Origin: Synechococcus sp.
GTDB taxonomy: Bacteria > Cyanobacteriota > Cyanobacteriia > PCC-6307 > Cyanobiaceae
DNA length: 64,000 bases
Assembly (NCBI GenBank): GCA_047284725.1
Contig: JBJBEO010000001.1
Coordinates: 1,432,203-1,496,202, forward strand
Reading direction: 5' to 3'
This document shows positions 52,660 through 62,699 of the stretch, piece after piece. The notes below the pieces were generated by a model. It did no database searches and had not been told where the DNA came from. It worked only from the letters and a program-made list of their open reading frames with translations. A program made the position numbers and the translations under genes. The stretch's first letter is position 1. Every line of letters starts with the position of its first letter.

Positions 52660-53508
52660 ATGGCAATGTTCAGATCCAAGTTGTGGGTGCCCCGCCGAAC
52701 ACAGCTGATGTGTCTGGCATTGATCGCAGCCGTGATTGCGATGTCTGCAGGGCCGATTGAACGCGTTGTTCTTTCCATCAGCCAGAGCTACGCCGACTGG
52801 CTCACCCACTGGAGTGGCAGTCATCGCTGGGCTGTCCTTGGACTGCCAGTCCTGGCATTCGGGGGTGGCCTGATTGCCAGCGTGTCTCCCTGCGTGCTGG
52901 CACTGCTGCCTGTTCAACTCTCGTATCTCGGGGCGCAACAGCAGCAACGCCCCAACCCCGCCAAGGTGATTCAGTTCAGCCTGGGAGTAGTGACCGCCTA
53001 CAGCATCCTCGGGTTATTCACATCTCTGGCCGGGGCTTTGATCATTGACCATCGAGGTGCTTTGTTCATCACGGCAGGTGTGATCGTGATCGCCATGGCT
53101 CTGCAACTGAAAGGTTGGGGCCCGCGCCTTCCATGGCATCGCCTGAATCTCAGCCCCATGGGCAATCCAGGTCGGATGAAACAGTTGCCGATTGGTGCCT
53201 TTTTGATTGGCTTCACCTTCGCACTGGTCACATCTCCCTGTGCCAGCCCTGTCCTGGCGGCCGTGATCAGTGCCGCTGCAGCCGCTGGTTCGCCTGCCTT
53301 GGCGACTGCAGCCATGGTCTTGTACGCCGTTGGCTACAGCATGGTGATTCTGCTGGCGGGGTTAGGCGTCGAACTCGGTGGACTACGCCGAAATCTGCTC
53401 GCCCGTGGCGATCAGATTTCGGGGATCAGTGCCATGGTGCTGTTCACCTTCGGGGTGATCTATCTCTGGACTGGTATCCAGAATCTGCAACTGCCGAGTT
53501 CAGTGTGA
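52660..53508 (+). CDS. ccdA: CcdA/DsbD-type transmembrane electron transporter
   Basis: SVSPCVL and TSPCASPVL conserved Cys pair; multiple TM helices. Confidence 0.85.
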   Translation: MAMFRSKLWVPRRTQLMCLALIAAVIAMSAGPIERVVLSISQSYADWLTHWSGSHRWAVLGLPVLAFGGGLIASVSPCVLALLPVQLSYLGAQQQQRPNPAKVIQFSLGVVTAYSILGLFTSLAGALIIDHRGALFITAGVIVIAMALQLKGWGPRLPWHRLNLSPMGNPGRMKQLPIGAFLIGFTFALVTSPCASPVLAAVISAAAAAGSPALATAAMVLYAVGYSMVILLAGLGVELGGLRRNLLARGDQISGISAMVLFTFGVIYLWTGIQNLQLPSSV

Positions 53509-54017
53509 GCTCTCCCCGTGCCATCAGCCCAGAGGAACTGGGCCGTCTCTACGACGACCATGCACCTGCAGTCCATCGGCTCGCGTTCAGCCTTCTGTCT
53601 CAGCGTCAGGAGGCTGAAGATCTCACGCATGATGTCTTCCTCAGGGTTCAGCGCGGCGGCTTCAAAGCGGAACGTGGATCAATCCGTCAGTACCTCTTAC
53701 TGCTGACTCGCTCGATGGGCCTCAACAGACTGAAGCAACATCGCAATCGCCGGCGAATCCTTGAGTGCTTCAGGCCTGGGTCAGGAAGAAACGACCCGAT
53801 CGATCTACAGGCCATTGATGCCCGCGTCAATCTTGAGCGAGCCCTCTCTCAGCTCTCATCCCGGGAACAACAGATTCTTGCCATGAATTACCGCGAAGGC
53901 ATCAGTCAGAGCCACATTGCGACCACATTGCAACTGCCCCTGGGAACGGTGAAAACGATCAGCCGTCGGGCATTGCTCAAACTCCGTCAGGCTCTGTCGT
54001 CACAACAAGGGAGTTGA
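53505..54017 (+). CDS. ECF sigma factor (SigK-like)
   Basis: LYDDH..AEDLTHDVF, SQSHIA...PLGTVKT..RRAL; GTG start overlapping the ccdA stop. Confidence 0.88.
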   Translation: MSSPRAISPEELGRLYDDHAPAVHRLAFSLLSQRQEAEDLTHDVFLRVQRGGFKAERGSIRQYLLLLTRSMGLNRLKQHRNRRRILECFRPGSGRNDPIDLQAIDARVNLERALSQLSSREQQILAMNYREGISQSHIATTLQLPLGTVKTISRRALLKLRQALSSQQGS

Positions 54018-54019
54018 CC

Positions 54020-54736
54020 ATGACTTCACAACACCAAACGAACAATGCATTCAGCAAGCACCATGAACTGCTTGCCGGCAAGGTGCTGGGCAACCTCAGC
54101 TCCGATGAACGCTCCGCCTTGGCCGAGCAACAGCCTCTTTCAGCAGAAGAGCAGACGCTGCTTGATGAACTCCAGACTGCACACACCCGAATGGAGCACC
54201 ACTCATCTCCACCGCTGTCTGCAGCGGTGAAGCAGCGTCTGTTGCAGGCAGCTCGTCGACCAAGAAGCCCCAATCGTCAGCACTGGCTGATTGGAGGATT
54301 GGTTCTGCTCCTGACGCTGACCGGAGCAGAGCTCTATCGATCAAAACTCCAGCTTGCACAACAGAATCCAGACACGCCTTCACTGGCTGTACATCCTGAT
54401 GACCGTGCCTTTGTGCTGCATGCAACCAAGGCAGGAATGATGCATCAGGCGCATGGTGAAGTCCTCATTCGTCCAGGGCAGGGAACCAATCTTCTGACCG
54501 TGAATCACCTGCCACAGGCCCCCAAAGGGAAGCTCTATCGACTCTGGGCCATCACGCCTGATGGCGTGAAAGGTTGCGTCCATTTTCTTCCGGATCAAGG
54601 TGGAAATGTCGTGATGACCCTCCCGTCCCAACCCACGGGATCAGCCACAGAGCTGCTGATCAGCCTTGACCCTGTTGCATCCCGTGAGCGGATTGATTCG
54701 CAACCTGAAGACCCTGTTCTAGCCAGTGCTATTTGA
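54020..54736 (+). CDS. Anti-sigma factor (RskA-like)
   Basis: ELLAGKVLGNLS, a single TM helix, LPQAPKGKLYRLW and LLISLDP. Confidence 0.82.
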   Translation: MTSQHQTNNAFSKHHELLAGKVLGNLSSDERSALAEQQPLSAEEQTLLDELQTAHTRMEHHSSPPLSAAVKQRLLQAARRPRSPNRQHWLIGGLVLLLTLTGAELYRSKLQLAQQNPDTPSLAVHPDDRAFVLHATKAGMMHQAHGEVLIRPGQGTNLLTVNHLPQAPKGKLYRLWAITPDGVKGCVHFLPDQGGNVVMTLPSQPTGSATELLISLDPVASRERIDSQPEDPVLASAI

Positions 54737-54918
54737 GCTTTCAATCGGATGTGCGGGAGAGCGACGTTGCTGTCAACAACAACCCTGCACAGTTTGATTC
54801 ATTCGCCCGTCGATCCGTTCTGCGCCGGCAGATCCTCAGTATCGGAATGATCCAGTTCGTCTGTGGCTCTGTGGGATCAGCACGGTCAGACTCAAAGGAT
54901 GACCGCGATAAAGACGAG

Positions 54919-56634
54919 ATGGCTCCCTCCGTCGTGACCTACGCCCTTGATCGCCTCGCAGATCTCGGAATCGGCCATGTTTTCGGTGTACCGGGTGACT
55001 ATGCCTTTCCGATCAACGATGCTGTGGAGGTGCATCCACGGCTGCAATGGGTGCCATCGGCCAATGAGCTCAATGCGGCCTACGCCGCTGATGGCTATGC
55101 GCGCCGACGGGGAGCTGGCATCGTCTGCACCACCTATGGCGTCGGTGAACTGAGTGCGCTCAATGGCCTGATGGGTGCAATGGCAGAGCGTCTTCCCGTC
55201 TTTCATCTGGTGGGCACACCCAGTCAGCGGATCGTGCGTCAAGGGCTGATCTGTCATCACACCCTCGGAGATCGCCACTATGAGCGCTTTGAGGCCATTT
55301 CTGCGTCGGCCAGTTGTGTGAGCGCCAGGCTCACCCCTGAAAACGCTGTGATCGAACTGGAGCGCGTGATTGACAAGGCTCTTGAGCAGTCCAGACCGGC
55401 CTATCTCACGTTTCCCATGGATCTGGCGCTGATGCCGATCACCGGGACCCCGATCCAGGGATCTCCGATCGGCGAGATCAACCAACACAAAAGCGTATCC
55501 AGGGAACTGGAGGCAGTGCTTGATCTCTTGGAGGCAAGGATCGATGCAGCATCCAATCCCGTTGTACTGCCGACCATCACCCTGAAGCGGTTCGGCCTGG
55601 TGAGTGCATTCGAGGCATTCCTTCAGGCCTCGGGTCTGGCCTACGCCACAACACCGATGGACAAGTCACTCCTGTCCGAGGATCACCCCGCCTTCCTTGG
55701 GATGTACAACGGCAATCGATCGACACCTGCATCCCTGCGGAGCGTGGTGGAGGACGCCGATCTGGTCATCGATATTGGTGGGTTGGTACTCGAAGACCTC
55801 AATACAGGTCTGTGGAGTGGGTCACTGGATCCCAACCGGCTCGTTGCATTGCACGCCGACTGGGTGCAGGCGGGCAATCAGGTGTTCACAAGTGTCAGCA
55901 TCAGTGATGGTCTGGAGGGATTGACGAGGCGTTTTGAGAACGCACCGAAACGCCTGTCCTGGTGGGGAGAGCGACGACCTGTCAAACCCGCTGAGCTGCT
56001 GCCGCTCAGCGACGCCATGGATCAGCCCACCAGCTCAGCAAGCTTCTACCCCCAACTCCAACGATTTTTGCGCCCGTCCGACCTCCTGGTGTCCGATACC
56101 GGCACCTGTCTTCTGAAGCTCAATGCCATCCGACTTCCGGCAGAGGTAGCGATGGAAAGTCAGACCCTCTGGTCATCCATCGGGTGGGGCACCCCGGCAG
56201 CGCTGGGATGTGCCCTGGCGGAACCGGAGCGCAGGGTCGTTCTGGTCACCGGTGACGGTGCCCACCAGCTCACGATGCAGGAGATCGGAGTGATGGGTTT
56301 CACGGGAGTGAATCCTGTGGTGATCGTTCTCAACAACGGCCTTTACGGGGTGGAGGCCTTAATCAGTGAGACAGGTCATGCCTACAACGATTTACCCCCT
56401 TGGCGTTATGCAGACATTCCGCCTGCGCTGGGATGCAACGGTTGGTGGTGTGGACGGGCTGCAACAGAAGAACAACTCAAACAGGCATTGGCAGCAATCA
56501 ACGAGCACCAAGGAGCGTCCTACCTCGAAGTGCTGATTCCGGCAGAAGAAAGCCAACCCCTGGCCGAGGAGGTGATTGAAACCATGCATCAGACGATGAC
56601 CCCGCATTCCAGCCATTGCGCTGACGATCAGTGA
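54919..56634 (+). CDS. ThDP-dependent alpha-keto acid decarboxylase (pyruvate/indolepyruvate decarboxylase family)
   Basis: FGVPGDY, NELNAAYAADGYAR, GVGELSA, HHTLG, WSSIGW and GDGA..LT.QE...NN. Confidence 0.92.
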   Translation: MAPSVVTYALDRLADLGIGHVFGVPGDYAFPINDAVEVHPRLQWVPSANELNAAYAADGYARRRGAGIVCTTYGVGELSALNGLMGAMAERLPVFHLVGTPSQRIVRQGLICHHTLGDRHYERFEAISASASCVSARLTPENAVIELERVIDKALEQSRPAYLTFPMDLALMPITGTPIQGSPIGEINQHKSVSRELEAVLDLLEARIDAASNPVVLPTITLKRFGLVSAFEAFLQASGLAYATTPMDKSLLSEDHPAFLGMYNGNRSTPASLRSVVEDADLVIDIGGLVLEDLNTGLWSGSLDPNRLVALHADWVQAGNQVFTSVSISDGLEGLTRRFENAPKRLSWWGERRPVKPAELLPLSDAMDQPTSSASFYPQLQRFLRPSDLLVSDTGTCLLKLNAIRLPAEVAMESQTLWSSIGWGTPAALGCALAEPERRVVLVTGDGAHQLTMQEIGVMGFTGVNPVVIVLNNGLYGVEALISETGHAYNDLPPWRYADIPPALGCNGWWCGRAATEEQLKQALAAINEHQGASYLEVLIPAEESQPLAEEVIETMHQTMTPHSSHCADDQ

Positions 56635-56644
56635 GGACCGAGGC

Positions 56645-57721
56645 TCAGGCAAGAGAGGACAGGACCTCGAGCGCCTCCAGTTCCACGACCAGGGAGCAGG
56701 ATCTCTCGATCCACTCATCGTTGAGCAAAATTGCGCGGGAGCTGATGTTGGGATCCAGCTGCCAGTTGTGCAGCAGAAGCACCGAACTCAAACAGCGCAA
56801 CGCTGCCAACTGAACATCAGCCCAGGCATCGGCAAGCGTGTAGTCCTTCACACCGTGCGATATCAAACTCTGATGCCAACGCGTGCAGAGCTCACGCAAC
56901 CGCCCGCGTCGCGCGGGCATCGGCACGCCTCCGCCGATGAGGTAAGCGAGATCCAGTGCAGCCAAGGATCGTGTGGGGGTTCCCCAGTCGAGCACCACCA
57001 CGTCACGCTGTGAGTTGTTCCGTGCAAACAACACGTTCTCCACCCGCAGATCGCCATGGACCAGGGTTGCTGGCCGCTGCGCCATGGCGTCGTCGATGGC
57101 CTGTGAGTGCTCGATCACCAAGGCGATCGCCTTGAGCGCCTCCGGCTCAACACGAAGCTCGTAGTCATTCAGAAAATTGCGATGAAAGGCTGACAGGGTC
57201 TCCGTACTGCCTTGAAACCAGAACTGATGATCAGGCAACCAGTCATGGCCCTGCAACGCCGATGAATTCCAGAACCGGGCATGCACCTGGGCGATCGCAT
57301 CAAGCACCTGAGAACTCGCATCAGCCGTCACTCCCCGCACCTGGTTTCCGGCCTCCATGACCGAAAGGTCCTCCAGCAACAACCAACGCCCCTCGTCGCT
57401 GGACCCATTGCCCGTCGCATGATGACGGGGCACCAATGCGGCGAACTGTGTAGCAAACGTGTGGTAAAAACCCACTTCCCGGCGAAAACAATTCAGCTTC
57501 AGCGCGATTTCGCGGCTGTGAGGATCGTCACTATCGATCTTGAGAATCAAGGATGACGGGAGGTCATCCGAAGAACCTCGTGGTCGCAGGCGCATGGTGT
57601 TCGAGGTGAACCCCTGAGGCACCCCTAAAGGCTCAATCTCCAGGTCATCAACAGGAAGCTCCAACTGCTCACTGAGCCAACCAGCATCGATCAGACGTCC
57701 GGAGGGCAGATGGGGGATCAA
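56645..57721 (-). CDS. APH/ecdysteroid-kinase-like phosphotransferase
   Basis: ILK, REVGFY, LLLEDL, TLVHGDLRVEN and LDWG. Confidence 0.85.
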   Translation of the reverse strand: MIPHLPSGRLIDAGWLSEQLELPVDDLEIEPLGVPQGFTSNTMRLRPRGSSDDLPSSLILKIDSDDPHSREIALKLNCFRREVGFYHTFATQFAALVPRHHATGNGSSDEGRWLLLEDLSVMEAGNQVRGVTADASSQVLDAIAQVHARFWNSSALQGHDWLPDHQFWFQGSTETLSAFHRNFLNDYELRVEPEALKAIALVIEHSQAIDDAMAQRPATLVHGDLRVENVLFARNNSQRDVVVLDWGTPTRSLAALDLAYLIGGGVPMPARRGRLRELCTRWHQSLISHGVKDYTLADAWADVQLAALRCLSSVLLLHNWQLDPNISSRAILLNDEWIERSCSLVVELEALEVLSSLA

Positions 57722-58125
57722 CAGTCAAGCCTCAGAGTGAATGTTGACTGTATCGCTCATCAATCAAGTTCGTCACACCCAGAAGAGACCGAGGCAACAC
57801 CTCACAAGACAGTGAGAAAGACAGCAGGCTGACATCAAGATGGCCTCAGAAAGGCCAGACATGGTGGCAGCATCAATCAGCAATCAGCTGAAAGACGCAG
57901 AAAACATTCACAGTCCAGGCAACAAAAGTTCTGGCCAAAACAGCCCGACTCCCCAGTGGAAACAACCCTCAACACAGCCTGCTGATGCAAGAGCCCATCC
58001 CCAAGATGGGAGGCACGTGACATGAAGAGCCGGGTCGAACAGCTCAGCCGACTTAGCTAACGCTGAAACCCACGGGACGATCACAAAAAGCAAACTAGGC
58101 CTGTTTCCGATCACGCGCCACGATC

Positions 58126-58290
58126 ATGGAAGAATCCGATGTCATGCTTCCGATGAGCAAGCTGATTCGATTTCACAAGCGCCTCATCGCGATGGCTCAG
58201 GTCAACCTGGGACTAAGCGATTATCAAATCATCTGGCTGTCTTTCGCCAAGGGATTGCTGCTGGGAATCGTCCTGATGATGCTCTTGTAA
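58126..58290 (+). CDS. Small membrane protein (below the ORF-track cutoff)
   Basis: Manual translation MEESDVMLPMSKLIRFHKRLIAMAQVNLGLSDYQIIWLSFAKGLLLGIVLMMLL; the LSDYQ..W.SF.KG pattern is typical of small picocyanobacterial proteins. Confidence 0.65.
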   Translation: MEESDVMLPMSKLIRFHKRLIAMAQVNLGLSDYQIIWLSFAKGLLLGIVLMMLL

Positions 58291-58426
58291 GAAAGATGCT
58301 GGCTCCAGGATCAGTCCGTTCACAGTGACATCAATACCAACGCATGGTTAGCCCGGAGGCCAACCGCCTATTCCCTGAACGATCACCACAGGGGCACGCA
58401 GACCATCAACAAGCTAAAATGACTAG

Positions 58427-58798
58427 ATGAACCGTCTCAAGTGTGCCGCCGCCTCACTTCTGGGCGCTGTTGCAGTCTTGATTGCAACCCCGATTGATGC
58501 CGACCCACTCTTTGAGGCGGATCCGGGCGTCTCTTTTGTCGGCACCTACTGCATCGAAAAAACGACAACCTCATCAGAGAGGAAGACACGGATAACTTAT
58601 CGAGAAGGGCCCTGCACGCTTGGCAGAACCTCTCGTGGATTTCAAATTTTTGGGCACGACTGGGGGAAACGAGAATACCCACTGGATGAGATTGGTCGTT
58701 CAATCGAAGTGAAGCGAACGCTCAGCCTGCTCATTGTCTTCAAGCAGGGAAATTCATCCCTCTATGTTTATGCCAGCAAACCAGATGAGCGACCATAA
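58427..58798 (+). CDS. Secreted hypothetical protein
   Basis: Signal peptide followed by a 2-Cys beta-rich domain. Confidence 0.55.
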   Translation: MNRLKCAAASLLGAVAVLIATPIDADPLFEADPGVSFVGTYCIEKTTTSSERKTRITYREGPCTLGRTSRGFQIFGHDWGKREYPLDEIGRSIEVKRTLSLLIVFKQGNSSLYVYASKPDERP

Positions 58799-58905
58799 AT
58801 CAACGTTGACCAAGACACAAAATCAGATACGCAAATCACCAGGCCCACCCATCACTGCATGCAACCTCAAGAGTCACGCAGTCCACTGGAGAGACATTGC
58901 GCGGA

Positions 58906-59277
58906 TCAGTTCTGATCCCCACAGGATCTGGCGATCTGACGCGAGCAGGAAATGCGCAGAAACGTGAGCATCACAGCCAGCAAGGAAAGCGGCAGGTACC
59001 AGCCGCCCGGACCAGCCAGGCCTCCGACGGGTCGCAGCCCCAGATCAATCAGCACGACCAGCAACGCAATCAAGACCACAGCGATCAACCACCGAAACGG
59101 GAGAAGCGCTTGATGCTGATCGACAACAGGCCAGAGCAGCACCAACGCTCGACAGATCACAGGCACCGACAGCAGCAGCAATGGCCACCATGAACGGTTC
59201 TCCACAGCTCCCACCAGAGGTGCGATGCAGAGCAGGCCAACCACGCCGCGGTGCAGGGGGAGAGTCCAGCTGATCAT
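58906..59277 (-). CDS. Hypothetical membrane protein
   Basis: About 4 TM helices; GAGGAGGTG SD before the ATG. Confidence 0.55.
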   Translation of the reverse strand: MISWTLPLHRGVVGLLCIAPLVGAVENRSWWPLLLLSVPVICRALVLLWPVVDQHQALLPFRWLIAVVLIALLVVLIDLGLRPVGGLAGPGGWYLPLSLLAVMLTFLRISCSRQIARSCGDQN

Positions 59278-59535
59278 GGTGAACTCACCTCCTCAAGCTG
59301 CATCGCCCGTGAATAGACAAACCTAGAGCGACCTCGAACCAACAATCCAGAGAAACAGCGATCAGGTCCACATCGCGCCACCGAAACATCCTGGCCTGCA
59401 GGTCCTTCTGCCAAGCCTCTGAATCCACAGCCTGCGATCCGTGTCTGAATCCCTGCTTTATTGACTGATCGCTGAGCCGATCGCGGCTCCAGGCCGCCAG
59501 CCATAGAGTTCGTTCAAAGAAAGGTTCTGATCACG

Positions 59536-60900
59536 GTGACTGACGACCTGAAACCGCTTCCTGGCCGGAAGGGCGTCCTGATCGGGGTCAGGGAATCAGT
59601 GGCCTACCTGAAAGATCAGGATCAGTTTATTGCCGATCGAACGGCACGTTTTGGGCCCGTCTTCGGAACAACCTTGTTTTTCCGACCCACCGCCGTTGTG
59701 GGAGGTAGCAAAGCCGTTGAGGAATTTCTTGAGAAAGAGCGCTCCATCTCCGAAAGCTCCCTTCCCCCAGCCTTTCAACACCTGCACACCCACTACGGAG
59801 CACTGAATCAGCAAGGGGCCAGACACCGCTCAACCCGCGCTGGTTACGCTCCACTCTTCAACAACAGCGCATTTGGAGCCTTCCTACCGGCCCTGAATCG
59901 TCGCATCACCGCGTTCGTTGATGAGGTGGTGAAGCGCGGCACCACATGCATCGCCTTCGATTGCAAACGCGTCTGCCTCGATCTCTTCGCCGAGATCTTC
60001 ACCGGCGAACCACTCACCGACGCTGAAGCTGAGGCTTTCGTCACCTACAACAATGCTCTTCTCAGTCTGAGCAAACTGCTGCCATCCTTCCGTCGCGGTG
60101 AGGTTGCTCTTGCTGATCTACAGATGTCGATGCTGCGACGTCTCGAGCGATTCCGGAGAGGAGAGCTAACCGGCCACGCCTTCACGGTGTTCAGCACAAA
60201 CCACGACGAGACTGGACAGCCATGGAGCGATGAACGAATCGTCACGGCGACGGTGCTGATGATCTGGGGCGCCTTCATCGAGGTGGCATCCCTGATCAGC
60301 AACTGCCTGATTCTCTGTGCCGACAAACCGGAGATCAGGCAGACAGTGCTTGAGGAAGCAAGCCGCGAGAATCTGGACGACCGGAACTGGCCTGGAACCA
60401 TCGACGCCTGGAGGCTTCCCTACACGCAGGGTGTCCTGCGTGAATCCCTGCGACTGCTTCCTCCGGGCGGCGGTGGCTTTCGAATGACATCCGTTGATAT
60501 CTCAATCGCAGGATTTCGCATTCCCGCGGGAACGGTGGTGACCGCCGACCCTCGGATCGGCAACCGGATGCCCTCACTCTTTCCCAACCCGGAAGGCTTT
60601 TCCCCCGAGCGCTGGACGCCCGCAGGCGCCACCACGACCAGCCGGTGTCCCGTCGCAGGAACAGCCCTGCAGCTGCCCAAAGGCACCTGGTTCCCAGGTG
60701 GCACCGGACACCACGGCTGCCCCGGGATCCCCCTTGCGGAACTGTGCGTGAAAATCTTTCTGGTGCGCTGGATGCAGGTCATTCAGGGTTGGCGACAACC
60801 GGAAGGTGCACCGGATGCAGTCCCCTACTCACTCCTTCCGATTCGCATTCCCACCGATGACTACCGTTTGGTCATTGCGCCAGCGAGAGTGCCGTGCTGA
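59536..60900 (+). CDS. Cytochrome P450 (atypical motifs)
   Basis: RFGPVF, ESLR (ExxR), FSPERW and heme loop PGGTGHHGCPG. Confidence 0.9.
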   Translation: MTDDLKPLPGRKGVLIGVRESVAYLKDQDQFIADRTARFGPVFGTTLFFRPTAVVGGSKAVEEFLEKERSISESSLPPAFQHLHTHYGALNQQGARHRSTRAGYAPLFNNSAFGAFLPALNRRITAFVDEVVKRGTTCIAFDCKRVCLDLFAEIFTGEPLTDAEAEAFVTYNNALLSLSKLLPSFRRGEVALADLQMSMLRRLERFRRGELTGHAFTVFSTNHDETGQPWSDERIVTATVLMIWGAFIEVASLISNCLILCADKPEIRQTVLEEASRENLDDRNWPGTIDAWRLPYTQGVLRESLRLLPPGGGGFRMTSVDISIAGFRIPAGTVVTADPRIGNRMPSLFPNPEGFSPERWTPAGATTTSRCPVAGTALQLPKGTWFPGGTGHHGCPGIPLAELCVKIFLVRWMQVIQGWRQPEGAPDAVPYSLLPIRIPTDDYRLVIAPARVPC

Positions 60901-61000
60901 CTGAGACCATCGCGCCAGGCCAAGCGATGCAAGCGATGCCAAAAATCCCGATAGAGCCATCAATCACTTGTTCAGAGATCTAGTGACAACAACCGCAGAA

Positions 61001-62362
61001 TCATCGGAACGAGGTCAACAACCCCCCCACAACTGGCCACCAACACAGATCATCCACCTGCTGCTGGGCTGTGAAGTCCTCAACGCGCTTGATTTCAGCG
61101 GTCATGCTGTCAAGCAATGATCCGTGCAGGAATAAGCCCATGGCGTTGAGAAGCACGTCATCAGCCTCGAAGGCTTGACGTGCCTCGGCCAACGTGTCGG
61201 GCAATCGTTGCAAGTCAGACGAATTGACGCACGTCGCAGGATCACCAACACACGGATCAGGCAAGGGGAGTGGATTGGCAACGGCATCGATCACCAGCGC
61301 CTGAAGTGCACCAAGCAACAGGTAAGGATTGGTCGTGGGGTCAACAGCTTTCACCTCGAGATGGGCAGGACAACGATCCGGTGCTGAAGGGATCAAGCGC
61401 AGGGCCGCTTCTCTGTTTTCGATGCCCCACACCTGAAAAGGAGCCGACCACGTGCTGGGAACCAGGCGGAGAAAAGACACCGGCGATGGACTCGCCAATG
61501 CCACCAGAGACGGAAGTCGATGAAGCAGGCCGGCGATCAGAGCCTCCCCTCGCGGTCGCAGGCCTGCAGGTCCGTGGCCATTCTCGAGCAATGGGCCCTC
61601 TTCATCCCGAACACTGAAATGAACGTGTCCACCATTGCCAACGGAATCAAAGCGCGGTTTGGGGCTGAAACTCGCCATCCACCCAAACGTCCTGGTGACG
61701 CGCTGAACCACAAGGCGGGCACGGATCAACAGATCAGCCGCCTTCAGCGGATGATCAGGACTGAAGGACAACTCAAATTGAGAAGGCCCATATTCGGGAT
61801 GAAATTGAATCCATTGAACGTCAGCCTGATCAAGCGCATGCAGCAAGGCCGTGGCGTAATCCATCCCCTCAATCAAACGATCTGCGCCATACGGGCCACC
61901 AGGGATCACCGGCTGCGGCGACCCATTGCCATCGGGAGTGAGCAAAGACCACTCCAATTCAAAGCCAGCGGTCATCGACAAACCAGCGTCTTCTAAGGAC
62001 TCACACATCCGGCGACAGAACTGTCGCTGATCGGCTTTGTAAGCAGTACTGTCGCGCTCCCATCGATCGCCCGCGGCCCAGGCCCATCCATGGACAGGGT
62101 CCAGAATCGCGATGGAGGCTGGATCGGCCCTCAGCCGCAGATCCCCATCGGGTCGAGCACACCGATGCGTCGGGTCGATCACTCCATCCGTGCGAAATGC
62201 ATCCGAAACTGGTGAGAAACCGACTCCAGCGTCGATCGCATGCTGCAGCTGCCTGAGTGGCACGACTTTCACCAGAGACGCGCCAGCATGATTCACCCAG
62301 GTGATGGCAATCTGACGAATCCCACTGCTGGCAAGCGACTCCACAGAGAGGGGTGGTTGCAT
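61001..62362 (-). CDS. Glutamine-synthetase-like gamma-glutamyl ligase
   Basis: GFELEW, HPEYGPSQFE, SFSPKP, GNGGHVHFS, WGIENREAALR and NPYL. Confidence 0.88.
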   Translation of the reverse strand: MQPPLSVESLASSGIRQIAITWVNHAGASLVKVVPLRQLQHAIDAGVGFSPVSDAFRTDGVIDPTHRCARPDGDLRLRADPASIAILDPVHGWAWAAGDRWERDSTAYKADQRQFCRRMCESLEDAGLSMTAGFELEWSLLTPDGNGSPQPVIPGGPYGADRLIEGMDYATALLHALDQADVQWIQFHPEYGPSQFELSFSPDHPLKAADLLIRARLVVQRVTRTFGWMASFSPKPRFDSVGNGGHVHFSVRDEEGPLLENGHGPAGLRPRGEALIAGLLHRLPSLVALASPSPVSFLRLVPSTWSAPFQVWGIENREAALRLIPSAPDRCPAHLEVKAVDPTTNPYLLLGALQALVIDAVANPLPLPDPCVGDPATCVNSSDLQRLPDTLAEARQAFEADDVLLNAMGLFLHGSLLDSMTAEIKRVEDFTAQQQVDDLCWWPVVGGLLTSFR

Positions 62363-62516
62363 ACACCGACCGAAACATTCATCAGCCTCAGCATGCAGGC
62401 AATCGAAAACACATGCTCACAATCCACATCGGTTCGATACCCACGATGCGGATCAATGCGGGTTGCCACTGTGCGGGGTTCTGAACAGACTCCAGTGCGG
62501 TAAGACAGCGGCAGGG

Positions 62517-62699
62517 ATGAGATCCAAACGAGCCCTGGGAGCAGCAGCGATTGCCTGCATCGTGATCTTGGCAGTGGTGATTCAGTCGCTGGCCAGCCAT
62601 GGAATCACTCTGGTGATCGGCCTTCCGGGCTGGGTTCTGATCTTCATTGGTTTGCAGATTTCTCTTTCAGTCACGGCAGCCTGGATGGCACAACGATGA
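62517..62699 (+). CDS. Small 2-TM accessory protein of the symporter
   Basis: Two TM helices with IGLPGW; ATGA overlap with the symporter. Confidence 0.6.
   Translation: MRSKRALGAAAIACIVILAVVIQSLASHGITLVIGLPGWVLIFIGLQISLSVTAAWMAQR

Noticed and set aside
59165..59200. WWPLLL as another DUF4336 att remnant
   Set aside because: Inside an intact membrane-protein ORF, lacks the DQxW context and the CAGCAGCGGCCA core.
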